64,000 bases of DNA from Octopus sinensis (taxonomy: Eukaryota). Below, piece by piece: positions 50,080-63,539 of this stretch. The notes beneath the pieces were generated by a model. That model saw nothing but the letters and a program-made list of their open reading frames with translations. It searched no databases and was not told the DNA's origin. The position numbers and the translations under genes were made by a program. The DNA is taken from assembly GCF_006345805.1 (NCBI RefSeq), contig NC_043005.1, forward strand, positions 4,092,001 through 4,156,000, read 5' to 3'. The first letter of the stretch is position 1. Each line of letters starts with the position of its first letter.

Positions 50080-50230
50080 GCTTCCACATCGATGTTTTCT
50101 ATCAACTGAGCTATACCAGAGTGGAAGATATCATTCACATAGGACTCTGCAGGGTCCTACCTCGCCATGAAACATGATATTGTTGCTAATCACATTTACA
50201 ATGCTATCAACAAGGACTGTCATGATGGTC
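50080..50230 (+). pseudogene. Degenerate RLE-LINE (R4-like) knuckle/RHD-region fragment
   Basis: YTRVEDIIHI...MKHDIVANHIYNAI. Confidence 0.4.
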
Positions 50231-50959
50231 ACACCAAATGCACATCAGAAGCAGAACGTGTTCTTTTATATATTTCACTCATTGGACTGCAGCCATTCAG
50301 GGGCACTGCTTTGAAGGGATTAGTTAAACTAAATGGTCCCACTACTTACATTTTGTGAGCCTGGCACATAATCTGTGTCTTTTGCTGAACCACTAAGTTA
50401 GTTACTAAGTTAGTAATATCATTTGTCAAATGGTAGGGGTCACAAACACAAAGACATACACACACATACATACAAACGGGTGTATGTATACACAAGGGAC
50501 TTGCACAGTTTCTGACTGCCAGCTCCACTCACAAAGTATTCACAGGCTGCAGTCAAAGATTATACAGCTACACATGTGGGTGTAAACACATACTTGTATA
50601 TCCACATGTATGTGTGCATGTATCCATGTGTATACACACAAATGCTTACGCATTTGCATACGTGTATGTATATGATGGACTCTCCCTTCATTAGACATCA
50701 TATGAGGGTTCAACAATTTCTTATTGAAGCACCACACAGATGATTTGTTTATAGTGATCAAATGTTTGTGTACACATAAGCTCACTCCCTCCTTCAAACT
50801 GACACTACCTGTACAGGTGCAACGAGTCAGGTAACAAAATGATCACAAAGCAACGTGAAATGAAGTGCTTTGCTCAAGAGCACAATGCAACACCTGGTCT
50901 GGGAATCAAACCCACAATCTTGCATTCATGAATGAACACCTTAACCACTGAGCCAAACA

Positions 50960-51950
50960 TCTTCACACATGTGTATGTATATATATATATATGTATTTGT
51001 GTGTGTGTGTGTGCATGTGTGCGCATATATATACATAGACACTCACACACATATGCATATTTGCGTGTGTATATATAAATATATGATATATACACACATA
51101 TATTCACACCCATGCTAGCTGGGTCCAACCCATGCCAGCATGGAAAGCGAACATTAAACAATGATGATGATGATGATGTATGTATATATATGTGAATATA
51201 TATATACCTATATACATATTTATACATATATGTATATGCACATGTATACATTTATGTGTATCTCATATGTGTGTGTATAGCTAAGTGTATATATACATTC
51301 ATACACATGCATGTACATGCACACACACACACACACACACACACACGTTGTTTTCCTTTTCTTTTGCTTCTTAGTAAAACTAAGAATGCATGATAATCTG
51401 TATTTATTTATTTATTTTTTATTTTTGTCTTCTACCGTAGGAGGATGTCTGCCTGTTGGAACCTTTTTGGTATTTCAGGAATTTATTGGGATAATGACAT
51501 TGAGAGATCTGGAATTTGCAGGAATGCTGAGAAGATGGCTGGGTGTGAAGTGTTGCTATCTAACAGCAACAAATGTTCTTGCGTGTTTCTTGCATATTGT
51601 TTGTGTCGATGCGTGCATATGTGTTTCTTGTAGGTATGTGTGTGTGTGTGTGTATTTAGAATTATGGGAGTTTGCATGTAGAGGTGTGTATTTGTGTGTG
51701 AGTGTGTATTTGTGAATGTATATGCATTTATGTGTCTTCCTCTGTATGTATGCTTGTGCATTTGAGATTTTGCATAAATGTATGTGTAGAGGCATGCATG
51801 CATGTTATATCTGGATCTATGCACAAACACATGTTTCTATGTGTTTGCATACAGATGTGTATGTGTGTGTGGAGGAGTGCATGTCAGCATATATGTGTGT
51901 GTGTGTGTCTGTACTATTGTGTTTGAGCGTGTATGTGTGTTTGTATATAA

Positions 51951-51996
<46 letters not shown>

Positions 51997-52337
51997 GCTT
52001 ATATGTGTATATTTGTGTATGCATGAATTAATGTTTCTCTGTGTGTGTTAGCATATAAATTTGTATGTACAGAGGTGTGCATGAGTGTATATGTGTTTCT
52101 GTGTGAGCGCTAATGTGCACTGTGTGTGTTTTTGCATATGAATTTTTATGTGTAGGGGCTAGCATATATTGTGTATTTGTGTATGCAGGCACTTTTTTCT
52201 TTGAATAGGTATATCTATATGTATGTGTATGCATGCATGTGTGTGTATGTGTATATGCTTGTGGTAGCGTATAAATACATGTGTGTAGAGGTGTGCATTC
52301 AGACATGTGTATTTGTGTTAGGTAGACATATTTGCTC

Positions 52338-52376
<39 letters not shown>

Positions 52377-52448
52377 GTATGTTATGTGGGTATATGTGTG
52401 TTTGGTTATGAAAGTTTGTGCATTTCCATGCATGTGTATGTATTTATG

Positions 52449-52490
<42 letters not shown>

Positions 52491-52500
52491 AAAGGCATTC
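50960..52500. repeat. Long degenerate (TG)/(TA) microsatellite region
   Basis: Directly visible; source of many spurious CVCVC/HTHT ORFs. Confidence 0.9.
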
Positions 52501-53867
52501 AAAACTTGGTTTGTCACACATATATTTGATGCTTGCTTCTGATAAATCTTGAAATATTTGGTGCAGTTTTGAGTGAGACTTGGGTATTAAAAGAAATATA
52601 TTAAAAAAGAAAGAAAAATGGGGTGAAGAATAAAAGGAAGAAAGAAAGAAGTACAGATAGGAAAAAAGGGAAGAGAAACAGAGGGGGGAAAGAAAGAAAC
52701 TAGGGAAATCTTATGGAATTCTCTAGAAGTAAAGTTACATTTATACCCAAGCTGATATTTAACAGTAAAACAGCAGCAGGATTTGCATAATCGGTAGAGT
52801 GCTAGTGAAATAAATAAATTGATGTGTATTGTGGTAGAAAAGGGTAAATAGTCTGAATATGACAAAATGTAGCAGGAGATAAGATATCAGTAATGCCTAT
52901 AAAAGAAACATTTAACTTGTATAGCCAAGGACTAGAGAGCAGAGTTAAGAGTCAGTGACTCGTGACCATCTGCTGGATTCCTTTATAAAAGAGAAAAATC
53001 TCAGAGCTTCCATGGTTTCTGAAATATCTCACTCCTTTCTTTTCCCAGGGCCTGACAGCAGACAGATTTGTTTCATGTCATTAAATTTCAATCCAAGTTA
53101 CTGGCTGTCAGATCTAACAGATATAGATCTTTAGCAGGGAGACCAAACTGATAGTTTAGTAACCCGCTAAAATAAACATTAAAAATCGAAAGGAGGAAAT
53201 AAGCAGCTTTGCAAGCTTAACTCAGTGTTTATTGAATAGGGGAGGTGCGAAATTTAAGAGGCAATTGTTAGAATATACATGTCTGTGAGGAGACATAAAC
53301 AAGAATAGCAAAAATCTACAATACCAAAAGAACTGCTAATACATACATTGCAAGTGTTGATTGCTGCATAATCATATACATTAAACATCGTATAAGGTAA
53401 ATGAAGGTTTCTGCAGGAATGATAAAAGTCATATTTGCTTAGAGAATTTATATACATGACGACGAATTATGATGTTGCTGTTGGTGTTAGATGCAGTAAG
53501 AACTGGTAGCAGCGATATTGGCAGCGATGAATTTCATTGTGTTGTAACATGGAGAAAGTGAGCAATAACTTCCTGGTGGCAATGCAAGTGGGACCCCCTA
53601 AGCAGAGAAAAACTGATCTATTTAAGGAAATTGCCAGGCTCCACAGAGATGTGAAAGGTTTTTCTGCCAAGAGAACACATGATCCATTTGAGTGCATCTG
53701 ATTGCTTGACCGGGTAATTTAGCGGAATTGTTTGGGAAACAAATTGCACCTAAAAACTAACCAATCAGAGCAAATGGTTAAAACATAATCTTTATAGCTA
53801 AGTGTTCTCTGCTACGTCCAAACAACAACTATAAATAAAAGGGAGGGAGAATAGTTTGTTATTTATA

Positions 53868-54315
53868 ATAATAATAATAATGAAATTATTGTATACAGTG
53901 CTCAGGTGCACCACAACTTATCAGAAAGTGCATATAAAGTACATGCAGTAATGTAAAAATGTCTGGAAAGCAAACAATGTATGAGTCAGATACATGCTTG
54001 TGTGTGTATGGAGGGGAGAAAATCAGGTGTAGTGTTGGCGAATCTCAGAAAGCATGGAAGTTTTGAAGGATGCAGTGCTCCGACAACTAACAACTGATGC
54101 CGGCAGTTTGTTCCATGCTTCAGCAACTCTCAGCGTGAAAAAATGTTTCCTGAAGTCATGGGAGCTGTGCTGTTTTCTGACTTTGTAAATATGTCCACGA
54201 GTGTTAGAAAAGGTGCTCAGAGTTATTGTTTGTACGATGGTTGATAATTTTATGGGTGTCTGCCAAGTCAGCTGCCAGACGTCGGAGTTTCAATGTGTTT
54301 ATGCTTTTGTCAATC
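53868..54315 (-). mobile_element. CR1-type LINE 3' end (same family as 26503-27040)
   Basis: Minus strand encodes KLRRLAADL..TRGHIYKVRKQHSSHDFRKHFFTLRVAEAWNKLPASVV; (ATT)n tail at ~53870. Confidence 0.85.
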
Positions 54316-54985
54316 CATTCTGCTACAGATCTCAAGTTCAATATCAGTGGAGACCTAGCAGACATTCAAACTAGGCATTACCTGCATCAATTTCACAACT
54401 TTAGGAACAACCAATAAATATTGTGGGTCCTGTCCCACTTTGGTTTGCTAGCTTTGGTTATGGTCTGTGCTGGAGCAGAGCTTTCAAGGATTTTGTTGAG
54501 CAGACAGACGCCAGTACTTATTTTCAAGCTTGATATTCATGTTATGAATCTCAATTTGCTGAACCACTGAAATTTGAGACTAATCTAAGCACAGGTATAG
54601 ATACAAATGAAAAAATACAATATGTAAACACACACACACATCCATGCATATATGTATGTTTATGTGCATGTGTGAATGAGTGTTTTTGTGTCTCTTTGTC
54701 TTGATGTCATGTGACAGTTGCAAATGATTGCCACTGTGATGCTAGCAGTGTCATTCAGTTCAAATATGTCTGGCAAAGGGGAAATATCATCTTCCTTGGG
54801 AACAGGTAAAGGCTGACAACAGGAAGGGCATCTGGTCATAGAAAATCTGTCTCAATAAATTGTCTCACCTATACAAACACGGAAAAGTGGATGCTAAAAT
54901 GATGATGACAAGCATACACACTCGCCATGCTGGGCCACTGAAATCTACAAGTTATTTTCATTCTCTCTGTTTATTTTCTCTCATT

Positions 54986-55022
54986 TCTTTCTGTTGAAGA
55001 GCGTAGGCTCGAAATGTAAAAC
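54986..55022 (+). ncRNA. Degenerate minimal hammerhead-like motif
   Basis: UCUUU CUGUUGA A GAGC-GUAG-GCUC GAAA UGUA AAACA; core has A-to-U at the CUGA position and stem I has one mismatch. Confidence 0.35.
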
Positions 55023-55154
55023 ACTTTTTCATTTTCCTGAGCACCAAACTAATACACTTGCTTGTTGTTCATACACCCATCTTCATCTTTTGTTTTACTA
55101 TAAATTTCAACTGTGTATGTGTGTGTGTGTATACATACATTATATATACATATG

Positions 55155-55815
55155 TCTATATATATAAAACTCAACTTGTGTGTCTGTGTGTTTAACTTCC
55201 CAGCACATCTCCTCCTAGCCAACAAATCGTAGAACCACCAAAAATGGGTCACTTAAAGTTTAGGCGAATGAAAATTGAACTGCACTATTTCTGTTCCGAA
55301 ATTCATCTCGCAAGTGCAAAAATCGATAATGTGTTTGTTTAGGCCTTATCCCATGCATTGAATAGTGAAATTTACTCAGTCAGCTGTTTGACGTGAACTG
55401 TGTTCACCACGCGTAAATTACATGAAAAATAAAAAATCAAGATATAAAAATGAATCGCCGTAAACATTGTAGAAATTCGGCAAAGAAATGAATTTTCGGG
55501 ATGTAGCCAGGAGGGTTTTTTCGTATTAATCATTTCGACTTTGTGAACACATACCAACTGTTTTCATAACATTTTTAATGCTTTGAATTAAATGTGACCA
55601 TTTTGTGTTGAGTCTGCAGTTTGAATCACTTTAACCAAATTTTAGCAGGCCGGATTTTTAATCATCACGATACATCGCCAGCGACTCCCTGAAACTCTCC
55701 CCTGAAATTCCCGTTGAGAAATCTATATATATAAAACTCAACTTGTGTGACTGTGTGTTTAACTTTTGGATCTACCAAGTTTCATTATTAAGGATGGAAA
55801 GTAGTGTGTAGCAAA
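55155..55815 (+). mobile_element. Helitron-like 5' ends and bodies lacking their own 3' CTAG
   Basis: TCTATATATATAAAACTCAACTTGTGTG at 55155 and again at 55722. Confidence 0.55.
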
Positions 55816-56206
55816 TCTATATATATAAAGCTGAAGTTGTCTGTGTGTGGCAGGTTTGGTAGCCTTCAACTGACACTATCTCCTTCGAGACCCTGCAGCG
55901 CAAGTTGACCAAAAATGAGAGTATGATAGAAGAAGGCTTGCTCTTCATTCTGTAGAAGATAAAATTCAAATCGGACCGTGTTAACACCAAAAATTATTTA
56001 CATCAAAAAGGTGCTTTTTTTTTAATGAAAATCCCTATTTTTTATGATTTTTGACTGCTGTGTCACCATTTTCCAGTGTATTTCAACTAGAAAAAATGTT
56101 CACTTGAAGAGAATATCAAGTTGCATAATGCAAAATTTTTACTTTTCAAAAATTCCAATTCTAAAGGGTCGAAACAAACCCAAGCAACACCGGGTGATAC
56201 TGCTAG
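55816..56206 (+). mobile_element. Non-autonomous Helitron (391 bp)
   Basis: A|TCTATATATATAAAG ... subterminal hairpin accc..gggt (56178-56195) ... GCTAG|T; no TSD. Confidence 0.8.
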
Positions 56207-56534
56207 TATATATATATTACACAAGAACAAATAAATGATAATGCCAACAGGAAGGAAACCATTTCCTGTAAAAATTTATAATCATGTAACTACCTATTCA
56301 TCTACATCTAAAAATGTGTGTGTGTGTATGCTCTTATGTACAATTCATATGAGTTGATAGGTAAAATGAACAGCAGTATAAATATAGAGCAAGATATACT
56401 GATAAACAGACAAGAGAACAAATGGATAGCTACAATGATAAACATTAACACACACACATTTATATATTTAGTTTTACTGAAGCTGAAAAGACTAAACTGT
56501 TACTCAAACCTTCACTTAACTGATCATCAGACAA

Positions 56535-56937
56535 TATATTTTTGGATCTTTTCGGTTTGAATGGCAGTTTTTAACATAATTTCTAGGTAACTAAAAAATT
56601 TTAAACTTCGTATGCTGGTAGGATGTGTTTATAAAACATCTTTTTCTCTTGGCTTTATTGAGAAAATTCTATAGTTTGTAAGATATTTGTTGTTGTTTTT
56701 CTTCAATTTCTGCAATTTCAACCAATCACTGACGTCTATTGAGGTAAAAAAAACATTCTGTGCCGTATGAATATATCCCTCGTTTAAGAAACAGATTGGG
56801 TTTATTTACATTTCTGAAGAAAAAAAGATACCCTTCCTCCCACCCCTAATCCTAACCCTAAGCCTAAAACAGATTGAAATGCAATAGATCGATACTAGGG
56901 TCATAATTATGGGTGACAATTTCATATGACACCGCTA
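56535..56937 (-). repeat. Interspersed repeat with a short telomere-like tract
   Basis: Degenerate (CCCTAA)4 at 56844-56868; family status from recall. Confidence 0.4.
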
Positions 56938-57197
56938 TTTCCAACAGATTCCTGTTAGTTTCAAAAGTATGAATGCCCTGTCCGATCAGCTTTTAAATGT
57001 TTCTTTGATGAGTTGCTAAATAATTATCACTGCCACCATTCATATCTATTTACAAATGATAGTAAGTGTTCAAAATACTCACAACTGTCTGATGATCAAT
57101 TATATAAACTGGAGTAACAGTTTGTGAAGTCATTACAGCTTCAATAAAACATCGATTTTCCCTACTTATAAATATAAATATATATATATATATACAT

Positions 57198-57242
<45 letters not shown>

Positions 57243-58444
57243 AAATGACAGATTAAAATAGATACTGTAACATAGATGCATATTTATGCCTGAATGAATA
57301 AGTACTTTTATAACAATATATTTTTGCCGGAAGTCTTTTTCTTCCGGTTGGCATTCAAACATAATTTTATGTGTTTGTGTGTGAGTATGCTTACAAGTGT
57401 GCAAATCCTTCGCACACACGTATGCGTGTGTGTGTGTGTTCCATGTTGCTTTGGTTGCTACAAATAAACATTTATGCATATGTGTAATCTTGTAAAACCT
57501 GTAATATGGTTAGACAGTGACTAAACTCACATCCTCAACTTCTATCCCACTGTGTCCCAGTTCAGGTTACATGATTAGGAAAAGGTAGGGACCAGGGATA
57601 GACTCAGTACTAACTTATTCCTCTTAAAGCAAAGTTTTTGTGCAGGTTTTTTAGTCACCATGTTTTCTTTTTGTTTTGTTTTTTTTATCTCAAATTCAGC
57701 ATTATTCAATGTGGGTTGCTTACATTTTTATGCTCCTAGGGTGATTTGAAGGAGATATTCAGGGCAGACTCAATTATTATACATCTGAAAAAATTCACTG
57801 AAAACATTTTATAAACTTTAAATCATAGTTCAAGTTTGACCAATGACTTCATTTTATTGTGATATGGTCAAGAGGAGTAAGTTGGTAGGACTTCTTGAGA
57901 CAACCAGATTTGTTGAGTTTTGTAAGTTCAAAAACAGTGTTTCTTTCATTTTATTTCTTTTTTTATTACATGAATTTGTGAAAAATAACTTGGATGTTAT
58001 GAAGTGGTTTCCAACAGACCAACAGTTTCAAGAAGCAAAAGTTTAAGTGAAAAGGTCTAGATATAAATGGCAATATCAGAATTATAAAAATTATTAAATT
58101 TATGAGTACAGGCAGCAAGGCCAATAGAAGAGCAGAAAAACCAGCAAATGGATAGTTTGTCTATTGTTATACTGTTAGAGGATCTGGTTCAAGTAGATAG
58201 CCAATATGTTTAATCTCCAAAAGGCTTAACCCAACTAGACTGTTCAGTTTTATAAAACTAATAGGTTTAATACAGAGGGTTTTTTTTTTTTGTTATTCAT
58301 TAATTTTTGCCACTTTTTTAAGTCATTCATAAAAAAAAGTAACCTCAGTTATGTTATGAAGTGAAAGAGGTTTCAAAGGGGTCTGAAAAGAAGAATAAGT
58401 GAGATATAACTGATCATATCAAAATTATAGTAATTGGCTAATAT

Positions 58445-59050
58445 TTATTTCTTTATTGCTCACAGGGGGCTAAACATAGAGGGGACAAACAAAAGGATTA
58501 AGTCGATTACATCGACCCAGTACATAACTGGTACTTATTTAATCGACCCCAAAAGGATGAAAAGCAAAGTTGATCTCGGCTGAATTTGAACTCAGAACAT
58601 AGCGGCAGCAGAAATACGGCTAAGCATTTTGCCCAGCATGCTAACGATTCTGCCAGCTCGCCGCCAATATTAAATGTAAGGATGCAGACCACTGGGCTAA
58701 TAGTGGCGCACAAAACCAGCCAATAAATAGATAACCTTGCACTCCATTTGTTACAACAATGAGGGTTCTAGTTGATCGAAACAACAGAACAGCCTGTTTG
58801 TGAAATTAATGTGCAAGTGGCTGAGCACTCCACAGACATATGTACTCTTAACATATTTCTCAACGAATCAGCATGACACAGAATCTGACAAGGCTAGCCC
58901 TCTTGAATTACTGGTACAACTCATTTTTGCCAGCTGAGCAGACTGCAACAGCATGAAATAAAAAGTCTTGCTCAAGGACGCAATGCATCACCAGGAATTG
59001 AACTCACAACCTTATGATCATGAGCCAATTACCCAAACTACTAAGCCATG
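58445..59050 (-). mobile_element. SINE family B (58445-58666) and family F (58757-59050)
   Basis: Similarity to the other copies listed. Confidence 0.75.
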
Positions 59051-59689
59051 TGCCTTCCCAATAAATAGAGAAGACAGTTCATACACTGTTATAGGCTCTG
59101 TTCTGGTTCTTAAGCCAATAAACTTATTCCTCAAAAGGTTCTGTTTGCCTGTCTGAAAATAGTAACTACAAAGCAAGAACAAATTACTTTTATTATTGTT
59201 GTTTAGCTCCAGGTCAACACTGGTTGAGCAGACCTATGATCAAAATCATTCCAATCTTGACCATCCTGTCTTTAGGGAATTAATTAGACAACATTATATA
59301 ATGTTTGTTCTTGCTTTTATTGTCATCATGTAGGATAATGTTCCCTCTTAGTTTTTTACTGTAGATGTGTGCAAATCTTGACTTCCTTTGCAAAGTATGT
59401 TTGCATCTATGCATGAGTCCATCACTCAGATTTCTTCAATTAAAAACAAATTGATTTCATCTCAAAAGTTTTGTGCAACTTGTAAAATGTCTATGCATGC
59501 ATAAGTGCACAGCTTAGAGGCAACTAGAGTAGGATAGCTTAAGAGAGATGTGGATGCTATTTCTTACAGGTGAAGCAACCATGTTGAAGTCCCCTGTATT
59601 TAAATTAATGGGAGATCGTAACTGTGGCCTATGCCTGTGCAGCATAACCAGCCCGTCTAAGAGTACCCTTCAATCTTTGGGCAATAAAC

Positions 59690-60118
59690 TGCACTTGTGA
59701 AGACCTGTTGAAGTGAAGTTGTTGTGGCACCTATGCTGGTGGCACGTAAAACGCACCGTTTTAGCATGATCAATGCCAGTGCCAACTGACTGGCTTCCAT
59801 GCCGGTGGCATGTAATAAGTACCATTTGAGCGTGTTCGTTGCCAGTGCCGCCTGACTGGCTCCCATGCCGGTGGCACGTAAAAAGCACTATCCAAGCGTG
59901 GCTGATGCCAGTACCGCCTGACTGGCCCTCGTGCCGGTGGAATGTAAAAAACACCCACTACACTCTCAGAGCGGTTGGCGTTAGGAAGGACATCCAGTAG
60001 TAGAAACATTGCCAGATCGGATTGGAGCCTGGTGCAGCCTTCTGGCTCCCCAGCCCTCAGTCAAACCGTCCAACCCATGCCAGCATGGAAAGCGAATTTT
60101 AAACGCCAATGATGATAA
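59690..60118 (+). mobile_element. RTE-related family C element with ~55-60-bp internal tandem units
   Basis: Repeated gccggtggca.gtaaaa units; same 3' end as 18440-18915. Confidence 0.75.
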
Positions 60119-61044
60119 TGGTTCTTTGTTAGCTTGTAGTTCTCAACTGAACTCTTCTCATGGAGCTGGAGATGGTCCTGCTCATATTTTGAGTTGAAAT
60201 CCTGCTGAGTCAGTTTTGTTGATAGAATATAGTTCTGGTCCAGGGTGGTGGATTGAGGGAATTCTTAGATGCCTTGTGGTATTTGTTTTGGCTTTTTAAG
60301 TTCTAAGTTGCTGATGAAATGCTTGTCAACCTGTAAAACGTGACAGATTTGTGCTGTATCTCATACATATATGTGTGTGTGAATCGGCCATGACCAACGA
60401 CTTCATAAAATATTAACTGCTCAAAACAAACAAAAATTAGAGTGTGCTTTTTTTCAGATGTATGAACAACTGACTCACACACATATCCTATTATCAATTA
60501 CACTTGCATTCGTCTTTCACCTCTTATCGCCATTCTCGAATAGAAATAATGAGTTGTCAATTTAGTTGTCCCTCATCAAGATGACGGGGGGGGGGTGTAA
60601 TAAAGATACTATGACAGCAAGCAGTGATGAAATAGACATCTTAGCGCCTTCAATGGTATTTTGAAACTATTCAAAGATTGAGTATCTTAGTCGCTTGGTC
60701 TCGCATACTTCATAATGAACGCCTTAGTGATTAGATAGAATTACTCTTGTGTATTGAAGCAGAAGATTACAAGATACAAGACACATACATACACACTCAC
60801 GCATAATCACTACTATCACCATAACCCCAAACCATAGACATTCACACACCTACACATATACATATATTAACAGACATTCATACACACATATGTATCTGTA
60901 TGTTTAAGTGTGTGTGTGTGTGTGTGTATCGTTTGTAGAAAATATAAATCCGAAAGAAGCACACTAAGATGTAATGCGGTATATATTAACAATGGAAAGG
61001 CCGGTTTATGTGATGTTATGAAATCTTTTATTTATTTATTTATT

Positions 61045-61430
61045 TATGGCTGTGTGGTATGTAGCATGCATACCAACCACATGGTCCTGGGTTCAGTCCC
61101 ACTGCGTGGCACCTTGGGCAAGTGTCTTCTACTATAGCCTCAGGCCGACCAAAGCCTTGTGTGTGGATTTGCTAGACGGAAACTGGAAGAAGCACATTGT
61201 ATATGTGTGTGTCGCGGCAAGCTGGCAGAAACATTAGCACGCCGGGCGAAATGCGTAGCCGTATTTCATCTGCCGTGACGTTCTGAGTTCAAATTCCGCC
61301 GAGGTCAACTTTGCCTTTCATCTTTTCGGGGTCGATAAATTAAGTACCAGTTGCGTACTGAGTCGATCTAATCGACTGGTCCCCCCTCCCCAAAAATTTC
61401 AGGCCTTATGCCTAGACTAGAAAAGAATAT
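61045..61430 (+). mobile_element. SINE A head followed by a full family-B SINE
   Basis: ggttcagtcccactgcgtggcacc (61071-61100); gagttcaaattccgccgagg (~61285). Confidence 0.8.
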
Positions 61431-62226
61431 ATGTAGGTGCATATATCTATATATGTGAGTGTGTGTATTAGTATTGTTGTGCATGCATCTGTGTGTATAT
61501 GTGTGTGTGGGTGTATATATATATATTCATAAATACATACCATACTACACATACGCACGCATACACACCCACACATACATACGTACACGCACAAACACAC
61601 GGAAGTTGAGTGTTTGCTCTGGCTGACATTTTCGGCAAAGATCGGCCCATTTCAAAAGAATTAACATCCGCCTTGCTACTCTATAATGATATTACATACA
61701 ATAAAGTGACTACAATAAAGAAATTGTGAAGGGCGGGATGAAACTTTTCACTTCATTAGTTCTCATGTTAAACACAATTCAATGAATTCATTATATAAAC
61801 CCTTCTTTTTACAAACCCCAAACTATTGACGGCTCATAATGAAAGTCTTCATTAATAAGCACTGTTAACGTGTACTTGGCTTGACTTCAAAGTGTGCGGC
61901 CCCAGTAGTTGAGGTTTCAACAATGTCTTGAAGCAGGTTTCATAGAGCAATGGTGTCTGGCTTTTTAATTTTATGCCACGCAGAGGATTAAATTAAAAAC
62001 AAAAACAATTAAAGGCACATTTTCCAAGAAAACTTTAAAAAAAGGAAAAAAAATAGGTAAATTGCCAGAGGATGTTCTCTCTCTCATCATATGTATGTAT
62101 ATGCATATATACATGCATATATGGGTACAGAACACAAAAAAACCCCGAAGAAACGAGACATGCAACATAAAGAACATTCCCTTCATCAGTTGTCCCCTGT
62201 TTTATCTACTCCGCGTTCGAAGGTAA

Positions 62227-62259
<33 letters not shown>

Positions 62260-62263
<4 letters not shown>

Positions 62264-62474
62264 GGTCCCGGGTTGATTCGGGGTTAACCACAGTAAATAA
62301 GGTACTCAATACATAGCAGAGTAAAATTAATTTATTATATAGAAGGAGCTTCTACAGGACTAGAACTGTTTCATTCAAGAGAAATCTTCAGGAAGCTAGT
62401 TAACAAGAATTGTATTGGCATTTATACATTTAGGCAGGTTTAAAGGGGTGTTGGTGGGGGACTTTTTGGGGGTA

Positions 62475-62480
<6 letters not shown>
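62260..62480 (-). mobile_element. Hammerhead-bearing repeat, left inverted arm (Penelope pseudo-LTR-like)
   Basis: 62330-62480 is the exact reverse complement of 63607-63757; bounded by (TA)n. Confidence 0.8.
62347..62397 (-). ncRNA. Type I hammerhead ribozyme (minus-strand copy)
   Basis: Identical to 63690-63740 on the opposite strand. Confidence 0.75.
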
Positions 62481-62516
<36 letters not shown>

Positions 62517-63539
62517 TGTATGTATTTGTATGTAGGTGTACATGTATGTGTGTGTATTTATATTTATTGGTGTATATGTATAGACTAGCCGTCTAAGAGT
62601 GTAGACATGAATATGTAGGTACGCGTACGTATGTGTATATACGTGAATGTATGTAGATGTATGTATGTATGAATATAACGCGTGCGTGCGTGTATGCGTA
62701 TGAGTGTACGAATGAGTGAGTGTACGTGCTAAAGAGTGTGCGTGAGTGAATGAGTAATTGTTTTCCAGTAGACGGATAAATGGTCTGGCTGTCATAGCCA
62801 AGATGTTTGTGACCAAGCGGCCAAGATAACAAAAGTAATAAACGAAGATAATAAAATTAAAATTAGGGAATGGGTCTGTATTTGTATATGTATATATATA
62901 TGTGTGTATGTGTAGGTATGCATGGGTACACATATGTATATATATGTATATATATATATGTGTATGTATATATATGTGTATATGTATGTGTATGTATGTA
63001 TATATATGTGTATGTATGTGTATGTGTGGGTGTATATATATGTGTGTATGTGTATATATGTGTATATAGGGACTAGTGTGCTGTGTGTGCATGTGTGTGT
63101 ATGGATTTGTGTGTGTATGCGTGTATGTGAGTAGATGTGTGTGTATGTGTATATATATATTTTTCTGTGTGTATATGTATGTGTGGTCGTGTGTGTATAT
63201 ATACATGTGTGTATACGTGTATGCAAGTGAGTGTGTGTATGTATACATATATATGTGTATGTGTAGATATGTATATGTATGTGTGATTGTATATATATAT
63301 GTGTGTATGTGTAGAGGTATAAGTGAGAATCTCCTTATTTACCTAAAACTCTATTCCCCCCCTTTATACATATATATATATATATATATTTTTTAATTTT
63401 TTTTTATTTTTACTTTTTTTTTTATATATTTTTTTATATTTTTTTATTTTCTATTTTCTATTTTTTATTTTTTATTTTTTATTTTTTATATTTTATATTT
63501 TTTATTTTTTATTTTTTATTATTTATTATTTATTATTTT

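Noticed and set aside
50870-52530. ORFs rich in CV/HT/YI dipeptides (also at 151-336, 16798-17104, 62430-63396 and elsewhere)
   Set aside because: Translations of TG/TA/TACA microsatellites.
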